Assembly: GCA_024137785.1 (NCBI GenBank)
Contig: JAHRHZ010000099.1
Location: 11,925,872 to 11,989,871, forward strand
DNA: 64,000 nt
Reading direction: 5' to 3'
From: Ginglymostoma cirratum
Taxonomy: Eukaryota
The notes under the pieces were generated by a model. The model was not told where the DNA came from and searched no databases. It was given only the letters and a program-made list of their open reading frames with translations. Positions 62,981-64,000 of this stretch are shown here, piece by piece. The translations under genes were made by a program, and so were the position numbers. Every line of letters begins with the position of its first letter. The stretch's first letter is position 1.

Positions 62981-64000
62981 TTAGCAAGCTGAAATAATCC
63001 CAGTGACCCGGGCAGAGTGTAAAGGTCACTTCTTGGCCAGTCTGAGTAAAATTCATTACAGATTTGCCTGTCTGGTTGTGTAATTGAGAAATCGTTTCAT
63101 TAAGCTGCAGCTTTTTCTCTTTGTAGGAGAGTTCTGGATGTTTGGTTCAGTCGTGGGGCATAATCATTGTATTTCTACACCAATATCCCCCTCGATTTGA
63201 CCAGGTGCTTGCATATGAAGCATTATTCGTAAATTTAAATGTAAAAACATTTGCTTTCTTCTGGAACAATACATATCTATGTTACTGATTTATAAACTAA
63301 CACGCGATTGAAAATACATTGCAATGTTGGAATCTGGCCTTCTCATTTAAAGAAAAAGCCAAATAACTCACTTTATTCGCATATAATAAAACTTGAAAAT
63401 GTGAATATCTTCATGGTCTGGACAAACTGAAATACATACTGTGCCGTCCCGCTTGATATCTCGATTTGTAGTTCCTGAATGTTCCAGAGGAGCTAAACTG
63501 AACTGAAACCATTCAACATCCCGAAAGTCTAATGAGAGCTATTGATTAAAGTAACTCCAATCGGTGCTGTCAGGATACTAGACCATTTACCGCTTCCCTT
63601 ACTGATTTACCTTGTTGCTTTTCAAATACAGATTTATACAAAACAGCACAACGCACGCAAAACCGAACTTGGATTACCGCTGGGTCATTGTCTATATTAC
63701 CCACAAAAAACCCGACAATTCGAATACACGTTCTAAACAATTGTGTCGGGTAAAGCATAAACTAAACGAGAAAAGTTGAACAAAATTTTCAGAAATAATC
63801 CATTCGCCAGGAAGTATTTGCCAAAGTTGATTGAAGTCTAATATTACGGCAGAGGCCGATTAAGTTTTAGAAATGGATCTATAATCGAGCACACACGACA
63901 ATTTTGAAGCCCACGAGTGGTTAGTACATGTTGGTGGCGTGTTCTCCTTAAGTCGTGATCTGTCAACTCAAGAACTGGGTCGGCAGATTTTTTTGTGTGA

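Overview
This is vertebrate genomic DNA, most likely from a shark (cartilaginous fish), judged from its CR1, Penelope and Harbinger repeat families. It holds one intact protein-coding gene, tbx3, on the + strand: 7 coding exons at 53190-60784, 2163 nt, 720 aa, all introns GT-AG, with a CpG-rich CCAAT promoter region and a 3' UTR running to about 61.6 kb. The ~53 kb upstream is gene-free. Positions 1-26 kb are CpG-poor and packed with decayed CR1/L2 LINEs, PIF/Harbinger fossils and Penelope remnants. From about 26.3 kb onward the sequence is CpG-retaining and nearly transposon-free, which suggests a large hypomethylated regulatory domain, and it carries oriented CTCF-like motifs. The most unusual signal is a set of about 10 short insertions, often hairpin-shaped and flanked by target-site duplications, that carry minimal hammerhead-ribozyme cores (CUGANGA-A-stem II-GAAA-CGUH/GCUU). 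One sits at the 3' end of a Penelope GIY-YIG remnant and one lies antisense in tbx3 intron 5. All calls were made by eye; no database search or folding program was run.
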